Below the pieces are notes generated by a model. That model did no database searches. It saw only the letters and a program-made list of their open reading frames with translations, and was not told where the DNA came from. From assembly GCA_963845565.1 (NCBI GenBank), contig CAWJSJ010000001.1, positions 96,001 through 160,000 of the forward strand: a stretch of 64,000 bases of DNA, in the 5' to 3' direction. Origin of the DNA: an uncultured Methylomirabilota bacterium (GTDB lineage: Bacteria > Methylomirabilota > Methylomirabilia > Methylomirabilales > 2-02-FULL-66-22). How positions within the stretch are numbered: position 1 is the stretch's first letter; each line of letters begins with the position of its first letter. Shown here in pieces: positions 48,721-58,984 of the stretch. The position numbers and the translations under genes are program-made.

Positions 48721-49434
48721 ATGCGACAGTGGACACGGCTCGCGTGGGGCCTGACGGCGGCGGTCTGGTGGGGCGCGGCGGCGGGTCCCGGAGCGCCGTT
48801 CGGGATGGAGGGGCCCCGCCCGGCGGACGCCGCGGCGTCCCTGCACGAGGTGGTGGAGCGGGTGCAAGCGGCCTGTGCCCAGACGCTGGACCTGTCCGCC
48901 CGGTTCCAGCAGACGGCCACCAACCGCACCTTGAACAGCGTCCAGGAGGCCAGCGGCGTCTTCCTTGCGAAGCGGCCCGGCAAGATGCGCTGGGAATATC
49001 AGAAGCCCGACGCCCGCCTCTTCGTCACCGACGGGAAGACGCTGTGGGCCTACAGTCCGATCGAGAAGCAGGTGGTGGTGCAGGACATCGCCGATGCCAT
49101 GACCTCTCGACTGCCGCTGGCGTTCTTGGCCGGCAACTGCGTCCTCACCAAGGACTTCGAGATCGGGTCCGTGGAGCACGCCGGCACGCGCGGCACGCCG
49201 GGCACCCGGATCCTGGACCTCAAGCCAAAGCGGCCCGAAGCGGGGATCGCCCGCATGCTGCTGGAAGTCAGCCTGCAGCGCTACACCGTCGAGAAAACCA
49301 CGCTGTTCGACGCGTATGGAAACACCACCGCCATCGCCCTCAGCCACCTGAAGTTGAACGATGGACTCGACGATCAGCAATTCCGATTCGCGCCGCCGCC
49401 GGGCGTCGCCGTGGTGACACCGGGCAAACCGTGA
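48721..49434 (+). CDS. lolA: Outer-membrane lipoprotein carrier LolA
   Basis: Signal peptide, ARFQQ, KRPGKMRWEY, VTDGKTLW.Y, F.F.PP.GV; follows ftsK. Confidence 0.85.
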   Translation: MRQWTRLAWGLTAAVWWGAAAGPGAPFGMEGPRPADAAASLHEVVERVQAACAQTLDLSARFQQTATNRTLNSVQEASGVFLAKRPGKMRWEYQKPDARLFVTDGKTLWAYSPIEKQVVVQDIADAMTSRLPLAFLAGNCVLTKDFEIGSVEHAGTRGTPGTRILDLKPKRPEAGIARMLLEVSLQRYTVEKTTLFDAYGNTTAIALSHLKLNDGLDDQQFRFAPPPGVAVVTPGKP

Positions 49435-49462
49435 CCGCACCGGACTCGCGTAGGGGAGCGTC

Positions 49463-49957
49463 ATGAGCAAAGAGTGTTCCTTCGATGTGGCCTCGAAGGT
49501 GGATCTGCAAGAAGTGGACAACGCCATCAACCAGACCAATCGGGAGATCGGGCAGCGCTTCGACTTCAAGGGCAGCCTGATCAGCATCGTGCGGGAGGAG
49601 CACGCGGTCCTGCTCTCCGCCGAGGACGAGTTCAAGCTGAAGCAGGTGCTGGACATCCTGGAAACGAAGATGGTGAAGCGCCAGGTGCCGCTGAAGGCCC
49701 TCAGCCGGGGGAAGGCGGAGCCGGCGGGCGGCGGGCGGGTCCGGCAGCGGATCGAGCTCCAGCAGGGGATCCCGATCGAGAAGGCGCGGGAGATCGTCAA
49801 GCTCATCAAGGGGACCAAGCGCAAGGTCCAGGCGCAGATCCAGGAGGATCAGGTCCGGGTATTCGGCCGCGACCGCGACGACCTGCAGGCGGTGATCCAG
49901 TTCCTGCGCGAGCAGGAGCTGGGAATCGACATGCAGTTTCTCAACTACCGCTCGTAG
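49463..49957 (+). CDS. yajQ: YajQ family cyclic-di-GMP/nucleotide-binding protein
   Basis: SFDVASKVDLQEVDNA, RFDFKG, VQAQIQ.DQVRV, DDLQ, QF.NYR. Confidence 0.93.
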   Translation: MSKECSFDVASKVDLQEVDNAINQTNREIGQRFDFKGSLISIVREEHAVLLSAEDEFKLKQVLDILETKMVKRQVPLKALSRGKAEPAGGGRVRQRIELQQGIPIEKAREIVKLIKGTKRKVQAQIQEDQVRVFGRDRDDLQAVIQFLREQELGIDMQFLNYRS

Positions 49958-50054
49958 CGCTGGTTGGGGCCACGGGGGCGTCCGCGTCGGGCGGTGCGCC
50001 GGGGATGGCTGCCCCGGCGGCGCGCGCACACACCCGCAGGGTGGGGAGACGTCG

Positions 50055-51593
50055 GTGAGCAAACGCGTGCTGGTGGTGGACAACGATCGGTTCTGCGTCG
50101 AGTTGCTGGGGGACATCCTCAGCCAGGCGGGCTACCAGGTTTCCAAGGCGTACGACGGGATGGAGGCCCTGGAGATCATCCAGGCGGACCTGCCCGACGT
50201 CGTATTCCTGGATATCGTCATGCCGAAGATCGACGGGGATCGCCTTTTCTACTACCTCCGTAACCATCCCCGCACCTGTCATATTCCCATCGTGATCGTG
50301 TCCGGTACGCTCGCCGAGGACCCCAGCGAGGTGCTGGGGATGAAGGCCGACGCGTATGTCGCCAAGGGTCGACGCGATGAGTTTGAACGGAACATCCTGA
50401 CGGCGCTGGAGCGGATCGAGCGCGGCGCGGCGGAAGCGGACCAGGAGATCCTCGGGCTGGAGAACCTCGTTCCCCGCCACAAGGTGAAGGAATTACTGGG
50501 GCTCCGCCGTTTCTCGCAAATGGTGCTGCGGACGATCGCGGAAGGCATCGCCCAGGTCGACGGCCGACAGCGGATTCTGTTCGTCAATCGCGCCTGTCTG
50601 GAGATGATCTGTCGGCCGGAACTGGAACTGATGGGGATGCCGGTGGCCGACATCCTCACCGCCGATCATCGCGCCACGCTGGACGAGGCCATCGGGCGCT
50701 TTACGGCCGCACCGGACGGGCCCTCGTCGCCGGTGACGCTCCAGTACCGCGAGAAGGTCCTGTGCATCACCTTTGCCTGGATCAATCCGTCCGATGCCGG
50801 TCAGGGCTTCTTCACCATCCTCCGGGACGTCACCGACCTGGCGCACAAGATCGACGAACTCTCCGAGGTCAACGCGCGCCTGCAGGCCATGGATCGGATG
50901 CGCTCGGAACTCCTGACGATGGTGTCGCACGACCTGCACACGCCACTGACGGCCATCAAGGGGTCGTTGGAGGTTCTGCTCCACGAGACGGTGGGGGTCG
51001 AACTCCGACATGAGTTGCTGGAGATCGCCAAGAAGAATGCGGACCGCCTGTTCCGGATGGTGAGCGACATTCTCGACCTGGCACGCATCGAGGCCGGTCG
51101 GTTCAAACGGCGTCGGGAACCGTTCGACGTCAAGACCTCGTTGCGGGGGACGGTCGATCGGCTGCAACAAATCGCGCACGGCAAGGACATCACCGTGACG
51201 TTCAGGGCGCCCGATGAGATGACCCTGGTGACCGCCGACAGCGTGCGGATGGAGCAGGTGTTCACCAATCTGCTCGGCAACGCGTTGAAGTTCACGCCCC
51301 GCGGCGGCCGGATCAGTGTGGTCGTGGATGACCTCGGATCGGACATCCTGGTCAAGGTCGAGGATTCGGGTGTGGGCATCCCCCAGGAGCATCTGGACCG
51401 GATCTTTGATCGGTTCTATCGCGTTCCCCTCCCTGCCGGCTTGGAGGTGGAGGGGACCGGTCTCGGCCTCAGCATCTGCCGGGCGGTGGTGGATGAGCAC
51501 GGGGGACGCATCTGGGTGGAGAGCCAGGTGGGTCGCGGCAGCGCGTTCTTCGTCACGATCCCGAAGGAATCGCCGGTCGAGACGACCGTCTAG
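50055..51593 (+). CDS. Cytoplasmic hybrid histidine kinase (REC-PAS-HisKA-HATPase)
   Basis: N-terminal REC (FLDIVMP), PAS-like region, SHDLHTPL, NLLGNALKF, DSGVGI, GTGLGL. Confidence 0.9.
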   Translation: MSKRVLVVDNDRFCVELLGDILSQAGYQVSKAYDGMEALEIIQADLPDVVFLDIVMPKIDGDRLFYYLRNHPRTCHIPIVIVSGTLAEDPSEVLGMKADAYVAKGRRDEFERNILTALERIERGAAEADQEILGLENLVPRHKVKELLGLRRFSQMVLRTIAEGIAQVDGRQRILFVNRACLEMICRPELELMGMPVADILTADHRATLDEAIGRFTAAPDGPSSPVTLQYREKVLCITFAWINPSDAGQGFFTILRDVTDLAHKIDELSEVNARLQAMDRMRSELLTMVSHDLHTPLTAIKGSLEVLLHETVGVELRHELLEIAKKNADRLFRMVSDILDLARIEAGRFKRRREPFDVKTSLRGTVDRLQQIAHGKDITVTFRAPDEMTLVTADSVRMEQVFTNLLGNALKFTPRGGRISVVVDDLGSDILVKVEDSGVGIPQEHLDRIFDRFYRVPLPAGLEVEGTGLGLSICRAVVDEHGGRIWVESQVGRGSAFFVTIPKESPVETTV

Positions 51594-51629
51594 GCGGCGG
51601 GCCAGCCGGCGCAGCGAGGGGATCGGCGC

Positions 51630-52139
51630 CTACCAGCGATCGCGATGGACCCGCGAGGCGTCGTAGCGAGTCGCCGGGGGGATGCGCTCCGCGGGATGCC
51701 CGATCGGCACCACGGCCAGCGGGATCACCTCGGCCGGCAGGCCGAGCAGCTGCTGGAGTCGCGCCACCCGGTCCTCCTTGGGGTAGATGCCGACCCACAC
51801 GGCCCCCAGGCCCTTGGCGTGGGCCGCCAGCAGCAGATTCTGCGTTGCCGCGGAGCAATCCTGGATCCAGTAACCCCGGTAGCTCTCCAGTCGCAGGTCT
51901 CCGCACACCACGATCGCGACCGGCGCTTCCCGGAGCATCTGAGCGTACGGATGAAAGGTGGGGATCTCGTGGCGCAATCGGCGGTCGGCGATGACGACGA
52001 ATTGCCAGGGCTGCTGGTTTCCTGCCGAGGGGGCGCTCATGGCGGCCCGCAGGATCTCGGCGATGACCGTTTCGGGGACGGGCTCCTGCGTGTACCGACG
52101 GATGCTCCGTCGGGTCAGGATCGCGTCGAGAGTTTCCAC
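51630..52139 (-). CDS. Nitroreductase family protein
   Basis: TRRSIRRY, APSAGNQQPW, QNLLLAAH..GLG.VW. Confidence 0.92.
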   Translation of the reverse strand: METLDAILTRRSIRRYTQEPVPETVIAEILRAAMSAPSAGNQQPWQFVVIADRRLRHEIPTFHPYAQMLREAPVAIVVCGDLRLESYRGYWIQDCSAATQNLLLAAHAKGLGAVWVGIYPKEDRVARLQQLLGLPAEVIPLAVVPIGHPAERIPPATRYDASRVHRDRW

Positions 52140-52232
52140 GGGTCTCCTTTCTGCGTCTGGCGCGGCCCGGAGGCGACACGGCAGGGGATCGTCGCGGGGC
52201 ATGCCCGCCGCCCCAGCCGCCGGACACCCGCG

Positions 52233-53261
52233 TTAGAGCGAGATCGGGTACCGGCCGTATTTTTGCACGGCCCGGGAGAGGGCCAGGACGTTCTCCGGAA
52301 GCAGGTAGCCGGCCAGGCTATTTCCGCTGGTCACGATGTAGCCCCCGCCGGGCCCCACGTCGCGGATGAGGTCGTGGACCTCGCGATCCACCGCGTCAGG
52401 GGCGCCCATCCCGAGGAGATTGAGATCCACGTTTCCGAGGACGCAGGCGCGGTCGCCGTAGGCGCGCTTGACCTCGCGGATGTCCACGGCCCCCTTCTCG
52501 TTGGGGTGCAGACCGATGACCCCGACGCTGAGGAGGTCGTCCACGAAGGGGAGAATGTTCCCGTCGCTGTGGATGAACCAGGGGAGGGTGATCTTCTCGG
52601 CCACCCGCCGGTACCGCGGAAGCACCAGGTCCCTGAACACGGCGGGGGAGAAGAAGGGGTCGGTGTTGAACGCCATGTCGTCGGTGGATGCGAAGACGTC
52701 AAAGCCCATCCGGCAGACGCGCTCGGCCACCACGACGATCCAGTCCACGTAGCGATCGAGGACCGCCTCGACGAACGGGCGATTGTCGTACAGCGCCAGA
52801 CAGAAGTTCTCCGTGCCGAGACTGAGCATGGTGGGAAAGATGCCGATCCGCGTCACGAACCAGGCGGAGTAGTCCCCTTTCTTCTCCAGGAAGGCCGCGG
52901 CTCCCGCGTAGAGCGCGTCGTCGGTCGGATCCGGGAGTTGCAGCAGGGCGAGATCGGCCTCCGTCCTGATCAAGCCGTCACCGTAGAACAGTCGACCGTC
53001 CTGCCCGGCTTCCTTGTGGGCGTAGACGGGTGCGCGCAGGACGTAGCTCAGGTTGTCCAGTTTCAGGAAGCCGGCCAAGGCTTTGGCCTCGTCCGCCGTG
53101 TAGGCATTGGCCTCGAGGTTCGACGCCTGGCTCGCCGGGGCCCCCCAGCCCATCAGGCGCTGGGCCAAGGCGCGGTCCACGCCGAGCTCGCAGTAGGGCA
53201 CCCGATCCGGTTGGCGCCGGCTGAGTGCGGTCAACACCCGTTCCCGTGAGGTCATGGTCAT
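52233..53261 (-). CDS. Uroporphyrinogen decarboxylase family (URO-D/MtaA-like) protein
   Basis: MTSRERV..AL..PDRVP, TDDMA, HSDGN, GNVD, GGGYI. Confidence 0.85.
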   Translation of the reverse strand: MTMTSRERVLTALSRRQPDRVPYCELGVDRALAQRLMGWGAPASQASNLEANAYTADEAKALAGFLKLDNLSYVLRAPVYAHKEAGQDGRLFYGDGLIRTEADLALLQLPDPTDDALYAGAAAFLEKKGDYSAWFVTRIGIFPTMLSLGTENFCLALYDNRPFVEAVLDRYVDWIVVVAERVCRMGFDVFASTDDMAFNTDPFFSPAVFRDLVLPRYRRVAEKITLPWFIHSDGNILPFVDDLLSVGVIGLHPNEKGAVDIREVKRAYGDRACVLGNVDLNLLGMGAPDAVDREVHDLIRDVGPGGGYIVTSGNSLAGYLLPENVLALSRAVQKYGRYPISL

Positions 53262-53376
53262 CACACTCCTCCTCCAGTGGCAAGAGGGAACGCGTGGCAA
53301 CGGGCGCACGCGTCCCGGGGTGTCCGAGGCGGCAGGTGTCCGGGTGACGCCCTGCCGAAATGCTCGCCGGGCTCCG

Positions 53377-53405
53377 ACGCTATCGAATGTGCCCCTGCCT
53401 GTCAA
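53377..53405 (-). promoter_or_regulatory. sigma70-like promoter
   Basis: Reverse strand TTGACA-17 nt-TAGCGT. Confidence 0.5.
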
Positions 53406-53599
53406 GCGAGACCTCCGCGCCGTATGCGGGAGCCGCTGCGCTTTTTTGGTTGCGCCGCGGTTGCCTCCTGCGCTATTCATTCCAGGAGTTCGCGGCGGGC
53501 GCGCCCCCGCGGGACGCTCCGCTTCCGGCGCTGATTGATTCAGAGGGGCTCACCGGTGAGCTTGGACGGAGGAACGGTGTGTCGACTGTGAGTGCTCCG

Positions 53600-55534
53600 A
53601 TGGGAAGGAAGTCCACGATCCTGGTGGTGGAGGACGAGGTCGGGATCGCGCGCATGATCCAGGTCCTGCTCGAGGCGCGCGGTTTCGCCACGGTGGTCTG
53701 CCATTCGGGCGATGAGGCCCTCCGCCGCATTGCGGAACGTCCCGTCGATCTGGTCCTGCTGGACGTGATGATGCCCGGGATGGATGGGTACGAGGTGTGC
53801 CGCCGCCTGAAGGCCGACCAGCAGTGGCGTCACATCCCGGTGGTCATGCTGACCGCCAAGGATACCACCCGGGACATGGTCGTGGGCCTGGAGATCGGCG
53901 CCGACGATTACATCACCAAACCGTTCAACACCGACGAGTTGATCGCGCGCATCAAGGTGCTCCTCCGCATCCGGGGCATGAGCCTCGAACTGATGGGTCG
54001 GAACCGGGAGTTGCAGGCGCTGAACGCCGTGGCGCTGGCGGTCAACCGGTCGCTCGGCTTGGAGGAGATCCTCGACGGCGCCGTGGCCGGGATCATGGAA
54101 AGCCTCGGGCTGGCGGCCGGGCTGGTCCACCTCATCGAGCCCGGCCGGGGCCACTTGTTGCTCCGCGCCTGGCGCGGGCTCGAGGCCGGGCCCCAGGACG
54201 CGCTTCGGTCGCTGGCGCCGGGCTCGGGCTGGATCTGGGCGGCGCTGGAGCGGGACGAGCCCCTGCTCGTGGCCGACGCGGCCCAGATGGCCGGGCTCGG
54301 TATCCTGCCGGGCGGGCCGCCGCAACCGGCGGCCATCATCCCGCTCCGGTTCCAAGACCAACGCCTGGGGGTGTTGACCGTCCTGGGACATCCCGGGCAA
54401 CACTTCTCGGGCGAAGAGGCCGGCGTGATGCCCAGCATCGGGCGCCAGGTGTCCATTGCCCTGGAGAACTCCCGCCTCTACACGGAGACGCGCCGCAAGG
54501 CGCAGGAGTTCGAGGCGCTGTATCAGGTCAGCCGCACGATGGCCTCGACGCTTGACCTGCAAAACATCCTGACGCGCATCAGCGAGACGGTCTCGAGCCT
54601 CCTGCAGGCTCAGGCGATGTCGCTGATGCTCCTCGGCCCCGATGGGCGCAGCCTGTCCACGGTGGCGGGCTACAATCTCTTCGACGAGGCCTTTCCGGAC
54701 GCCGGGGAGGTCCATCGCGGCCTGAGCCCCAGCCTGGTCGCCGTGCGGGAAAAGCGGCTAGTGATGGTCTCCGACGTTCGGACCGATGCGGTGTACGGGG
54801 CGTGGCTCCGACTGGCCGGCGACCGCGGGTTCAGCTCGTTTCTGGCCATTCCACTGATTGTCCACGATCGTGCCTTGGGGTGCATGAATCTCTACATGAT
54901 CGAACGCCATGAGTTCGGGTCGGAGGAGATCCAACTGCTCTCGACGTTCGCCAGCCAGGCGGCGGTGTCGATCGAGAACGCCCGACTCTTCGAGGAGGCG
55001 CGGAAGCTCGCCATCACCGATCCGTTGACCGGGCTCGCGAACCATCGCCAGTTCTACGACCAGCTGGCGCGCGAATTCCGACGCGCGCAGCGCTATCAGC
55101 GTCCGCTGACGTTGCTGATGCTCGACCTCGATCATTTCAAGGCCTTCAACGACCAGCACGGCCACTTGGCGGGTGACCAGGCGTTGCGGGAGACGGCGGA
55201 CATCCTGCGGCAAAACGCCCGGTCGGTGGACCTGCTGGCGCGATACGGCGGGGAGGAGTTCGCCATCATCCTGCCGGAAACCGATCTGGTCCGCGCTGCG
55301 GCCCACGCCGAGCGTATTCGCAGCGCCGTGGCGAGTCACGTCTTCGAAAGCCAGGAGACGGGCCAGGAACACCGGGTGACGATCAGCATCGGGGTGGCCG
55401 TGCTCACGGCAGTCACAAAGAAGATCGAAGACCTCGTCCACGACGCCGACCAGGCGATGTACCGAGCCAAGGCCGGCGGACGGAACCGGCTCGAGCTGGT
55501 GCCGGGGGGGAACGACGAGCCGCCGCCCGCCTGA
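53600..55534 (+). CDS. Diguanylate cyclase (REC-GAF-GAF-GGDEF)
   Basis: REC, two GAF-like segments ending in ENSRLY/ENARLF, DPLTGL, DLDHFK.FND, RSVD I-site, GGEEF. Confidence 0.92.
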   Translation: MGRKSTILVVEDEVGIARMIQVLLEARGFATVVCHSGDEALRRIAERPVDLVLLDVMMPGMDGYEVCRRLKADQQWRHIPVVMLTAKDTTRDMVVGLEIGADDYITKPFNTDELIARIKVLLRIRGMSLELMGRNRELQALNAVALAVNRSLGLEEILDGAVAGIMESLGLAAGLVHLIEPGRGHLLLRAWRGLEAGPQDALRSLAPGSGWIWAALERDEPLLVADAAQMAGLGILPGGPPQPAAIIPLRFQDQRLGVLTVLGHPGQHFSGEEAGVMPSIGRQVSIALENSRLYTETRRKAQEFEALYQVSRTMASTLDLQNILTRISETVSSLLQAQAMSLMLLGPDGRSLSTVAGYNLFDEAFPDAGEVHRGLSPSLVAVREKRLVMVSDVRTDAVYGAWLRLAGDRGFSSFLAIPLIVHDRALGCMNLYMIERHEFGSEEIQLLSTFASQAAVSIENARLFEEARKLAITDPLTGLANHRQFYDQLAREFRRAQRYQRPLTLLMLDLDHFKAFNDQHGHLAGDQALRETADILRQNARSVDLLARYGGEEFAIILPETDLVRAAAHAERIRSAVASHVFESQETGQEHRVTISIGVAVLTAVTKKIEDLVHDADQAMYRAKAGGRNRLELVPGGNDEPPPA

Positions 55535-55700
55535 GATCGCCGGTGCCCACCGCGTCGTTGCCCTTCCCCGCCATCCGGACACACGACCGCCCCGCCCGGC
55601 GGGATGGCGAGGCGGGCGCTGCTCGGAGCGGCCCGGTCTGATCGCGGGGGCCCGAGCGGCCGTGTACGGTGCCTGGACACAGGCGAGACAGGGAAGACCC

Positions 55701-57077
55701 ATGAAGCGACCGACGACGGACGGGGCGGGCCCGCCGGTGACCGTCAGTATCCTCAACCTCGGCTGCCCGAAGAACCAGGTGGACGCGGAGGTGATGCTGG
55801 CCCAGCTCAGGGCGGCCGGATACGCGGTGGCCGATGCGCCCGAAAGGGCGGACGTCGTGGTCGTGAACAGCTGTAGCTTCATTCAGGATGCCAAGGAAGA
55901 GTCCATCCAGACCATCCTGGAGGCAGCCGCCCTGAAGCGCACCGGCCGGTGTCGGGCCCTCCTGGTGAGCGGATGCCTGCCGCAGCGCTACCCCCACGAC
56001 CTTCCCGCACTCCTGCCCGAGGTGGACGGCTTTATCGGAACGGGAGAGTTCCCCCGCATCGCCGAGATCGTCCGCGCGGTGTTGCGAGGGAAGCCGGGCG
56101 ACCGGGTATGGGTGACCGGCCACACGGCCCTGATGACCGCGGCGCTGCCGCGGTTGCGCCTCACGCCCGGTCATTTCGCGTACCTCAAGATTGCCGAGGG
56201 GTGCGACCACACCTGCCGGTTCTGCGCCATCCCTGCGATCCGCGGGCCGCTGCGCAGTCGGCCGCGCGCCGATGTCGTGGCCGAAGCGCGCCACCTGGCG
56301 GCGGAGGGAGTCCGGGAGATCGTCCTGATCTCCCAGGACACCACCAGCTACGGCGCCGATCGCGGCGAACCGCGGGGGCTGGTGGCGTTGCTGGAAGCGC
56401 TGCTGCGGATTCCGTCGTTTCGCTGGATCCGGCTCCACTACCTGTATCCCAGCCGGATCACCCCGGAACTCATCGCGCTTCTTGCCGCGGAACCGCGGTT
56501 GTGCCGATATCTGGACGTGCCCCTCCAACACGCGGATGCGACCATCCTGAAGGCGATGGGACGCGGCGGCAGCCCCGGGAGTCTGCGCCGGTTGATCGGG
56601 CGCATTCGCCGGGCGGTGCCGGGTGTCGTGATTCGGACCTCGTTTATTACCGGATTTCCCGGGGAGACGGCAGCGCAGTTCGTCGTCCTGCGCCGCTTTG
56701 TCCGCGAGATGCGTTTCGACCGCGTCGGCGTGTTCCGCTACTCCGACGAGGAGGGCACCGCCGCAGCCGCCCTGGTGCCCAAGGTGTCCCGACGCGTAGC
56801 GGAGGCGCGGCGCGCGCGCCTGATGGCGGTGCAGGCGACCATTGCGGAGGAGACGGGACGGGCACTTCTCGGCACGATCCAGGAGGTCGTGGTAGACGGG
56901 CCGGCGCCGGAATCGCCCGGGATCCAGTGCGGGCGCACGGCGGGCCATGCGCCGGAGGTGGACGGCACGGTCTTTCTGCGGGGGCCCGCCGTGGCCCCCG
57001 GCACGTTCGTGCGTGCGCGAATCCGGGAAGCGTTCCAGCACGATCTGACGGGCGAGATCATCGAGGTGACGGGGTAG
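55701..57077 (+). CDS. rimO: Ribosomal protein S12 methylthiotransferase RimO
   Basis: LGCPKNQVDAE, FIQDAKEESI, YLKIAEGCDHTCRFC, YLYP, APEVDG. Confidence 0.93.
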   Translation: MKRPTTDGAGPPVTVSILNLGCPKNQVDAEVMLAQLRAAGYAVADAPERADVVVVNSCSFIQDAKEESIQTILEAAALKRTGRCRALLVSGCLPQRYPHDLPALLPEVDGFIGTGEFPRIAEIVRAVLRGKPGDRVWVTGHTALMTAALPRLRLTPGHFAYLKIAEGCDHTCRFCAIPAIRGPLRSRPRADVVAEARHLAAEGVREIVLISQDTTSYGADRGEPRGLVALLEALLRIPSFRWIRLHYLYPSRITPELIALLAAEPRLCRYLDVPLQHADATILKAMGRGGSPGSLRRLIGRIRRAVPGVVIRTSFITGFPGETAAQFVVLRRFVREMRFDRVGVFRYSDEEGTAAAALVPKVSRRVAEARRARLMAVQATIAEETGRALLGTIQEVVVDGPAPESPGIQCGRTAGHAPEVDGTVFLRGPAVAPGTFVRARIREAFQHDLTGEIIEVTG

Positions 57078-57079
57078 AC

Positions 57080-57580
57080 ATGTCTGCGCGCAAATCGAAG
57101 GGGGAAACCACGATGCAGCCTGCGGCCGGGTCGGCCGCGCAGCGCCTGGCGACGGTGGGTGGGATCGGCCGGGTGCCGCTGGCGCCGGGGACGGCCGGGA
57201 GCCTGGTCGGCCTGGTGCTGAGCCTTCCGCTGCTGTCCCTCGGCTGGCCGCTGCACCTGGCGGCCGCGCTGCTCCTGGCGGCGATCGCCGTGATCGTCGC
57301 CGGACGGGCCGCGGGGGAGTTGGGCCATCGCGACCCGCCGTCGGTGGTGATCGACGAGGTGGTGGGGATGTGTGTCGCGGCGCTGGCGCTCCCCTTTCGG
57401 GCGTACGATCTCTGTGCGGTGTTCCTGTTGTTCCGACTGTTCGATGTGGTCAAGCCCGCCCCCATCCCCCGGCTGGAGCGGTTGCCCGGGGGGTTCGGCG
57501 TCGTCGCCGACGACGTCGCGGCCGGACTCCTGGCACGGGCGACCTGGTGGTTGCTGAAGGTCAATTTCGATTTCTTGTGA
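57080..57580 (+). CDS. pgpA: Phosphatidylglycerophosphatase A
   Basis: APGTAGS, DP..VVIDEVVG, FRLFDVVKP, GVVADDVAAG; alternative start at 57113. Confidence 0.9.
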   Translation: MSARKSKGETTMQPAAGSAAQRLATVGGIGRVPLAPGTAGSLVGLVLSLPLLSLGWPLHLAAALLLAAIAVIVAGRAAGELGHRDPPSVVIDEVVGMCVAALALPFRAYDLCAVFLLFRLFDVVKPAPIPRLERLPGGFGVVADDVAAGLLARATWWLLKVNFDFL

Positions 57581-57615
57581 GTCGACGGTTGGGGAATGTC
57601 GCCGAAGGAGCGGGC

Positions 57616-58872
57616 ATGGGTGCGGAACTGCTGACCATCGGGACGGAGTTGCTGCTCGGGCAGATCGTGGATACCAACGCAAGCTGGATGTCCCAGCGGC
57701 TGGCCGAGGCGGGCATCGACGTGTTTTACAAGAGCACGGTGGGAGATAACTGGGGTCGGATCGAAGCGGCCATCCGGTTGGCCATGTCCCGCGCCGACGT
57801 GATCATCATGACCGGCGGCCTCGGGCCGACGGAAGACGATCTGACGCGCGACGTCCTGGCGGCGGTCCTGGACCGACCGCTCCATCTCGACGCCGCGATC
57901 CTGGCGCACATCGAGGAGCGGTTCGCCAGGCGACGCGTCCCGATGCCCGAGAATAACCGGAAGCAGGCCATGGTTCCGGAGGGGGCGGCCGTGCTGCACA
58001 ACCCCCGCGGGACGGCGCCCGGCCTGCTGATCCGGGCGGCGGGGCGCGTCTTGGTCTGCATGCCCGGGGTGCCCTCGGAGATGAAGCCGATGCTCTTGGA
58101 GCAGGTGATCCCGGAGATCCGGGGCGCCTTTGGCATCCAGAGTCGGATCGTGTCCCGGGTGCTCAAGACCTGCGGCATCAGCGAGTCCACGCTGGATATG
58201 CGCATCGGGGACTATTTCCGCGACATGCGCAACCCCACCATCGGCGTGCTGGCGCACATGGGCGAGATCCACGTCCGGTTGACCTGCAAGGGAGAAGAGC
58301 CGGCGGAGATCCAGCGACTGCTCGACGATCTGGAGGGGAAGATCCGCGAGCGGCTCGGGCACTTGGTGTTCGGCCGGGACGACGAGAAGCTGGAGGCGGT
58401 AGTCGGGGGTCTCCTCCGCGACCGGACGGGGACGCTCGCCGTGGCGGAATCCTGCACCGGAGGCCTGGTCGCCTCGCGGCTCACCGATATCCCGGGGAGC
58501 TCCGACTATATTGAGTGCGGGGTGGTGGCCTACAGCCTGTCGGCGAAGCGGGACCTCCTGCAGGTGCCCGCGGGGCTGATCGAACGGTCGGGCGTTGTGA
58601 GTCTCGAGGTTGCGCGGGCCATGGCGGAGGGGGTCCGGCGGCAGGCGGGCACGACGTTCGGGCTCGCCACGACAGGCATCGCGGGTCCGGCGGGCGGGAC
58701 GCCGGAGAAACCGGTGGGGCTCGTCTACGTGGGCCTGGCGTGGTCCGGCGGGTCCGGCGGGCGGGAGTTCCGGATCCTGGGGGAGCGGGAGCAGATCAAG
58801 TTTCGCGCCTCGCAGATGGCCCTGGAGATGCTGCGACGCCACCTGCTGGGAATCCCCATGGACGAGCTTTGA
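57616..58872 (+). CDS. cinA: Competence/damage-inducible protein A (NMN deamidase)
   Basis: IGTELLLGQIVDTN, GGLGPTEDD, AESCTGG, TGIAGP.GG..KPVG. Confidence 0.94.
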   Translation: MGAELLTIGTELLLGQIVDTNASWMSQRLAEAGIDVFYKSTVGDNWGRIEAAIRLAMSRADVIIMTGGLGPTEDDLTRDVLAAVLDRPLHLDAAILAHIEERFARRRVPMPENNRKQAMVPEGAAVLHNPRGTAPGLLIRAAGRVLVCMPGVPSEMKPMLLEQVIPEIRGAFGIQSRIVSRVLKTCGISESTLDMRIGDYFRDMRNPTIGVLAHMGEIHVRLTCKGEEPAEIQRLLDDLEGKIRERLGHLVFGRDDEKLEAVVGGLLRDRTGTLAVAESCTGGLVASRLTDIPGSSDYIECGVVAYSLSAKRDLLQVPAGLIERSGVVSLEVARAMAEGVRRQAGTTFGLATTGIAGPAGGTPEKPVGLVYVGLAWSGGSGGREFRILGEREQIKFRASQMALEMLRRHLLGIPMDEL

Positions 58873-58935
58873 CGGATTGGCCTTGCCGATTGGGGTGGCC
58901 ACACTCCGGCGCGCCCCGGTTTCTCCTGGCCGCCC

Positions 58936-58968
58936 TCAATCGTCAATCGTCAATCGTCAATCAACAAT
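58936..58968 (+). repeat. Heptamer tandem repeat (TCAATCG)n
   Basis: tcaatcg tcaatcg tcaatcg tcaatca acaat, with a partial inverted partner ttgacggattg at about 58869. Confidence 0.65.
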
Positions 58969-58984
58969 GGAGTGTCGGTTCCAC

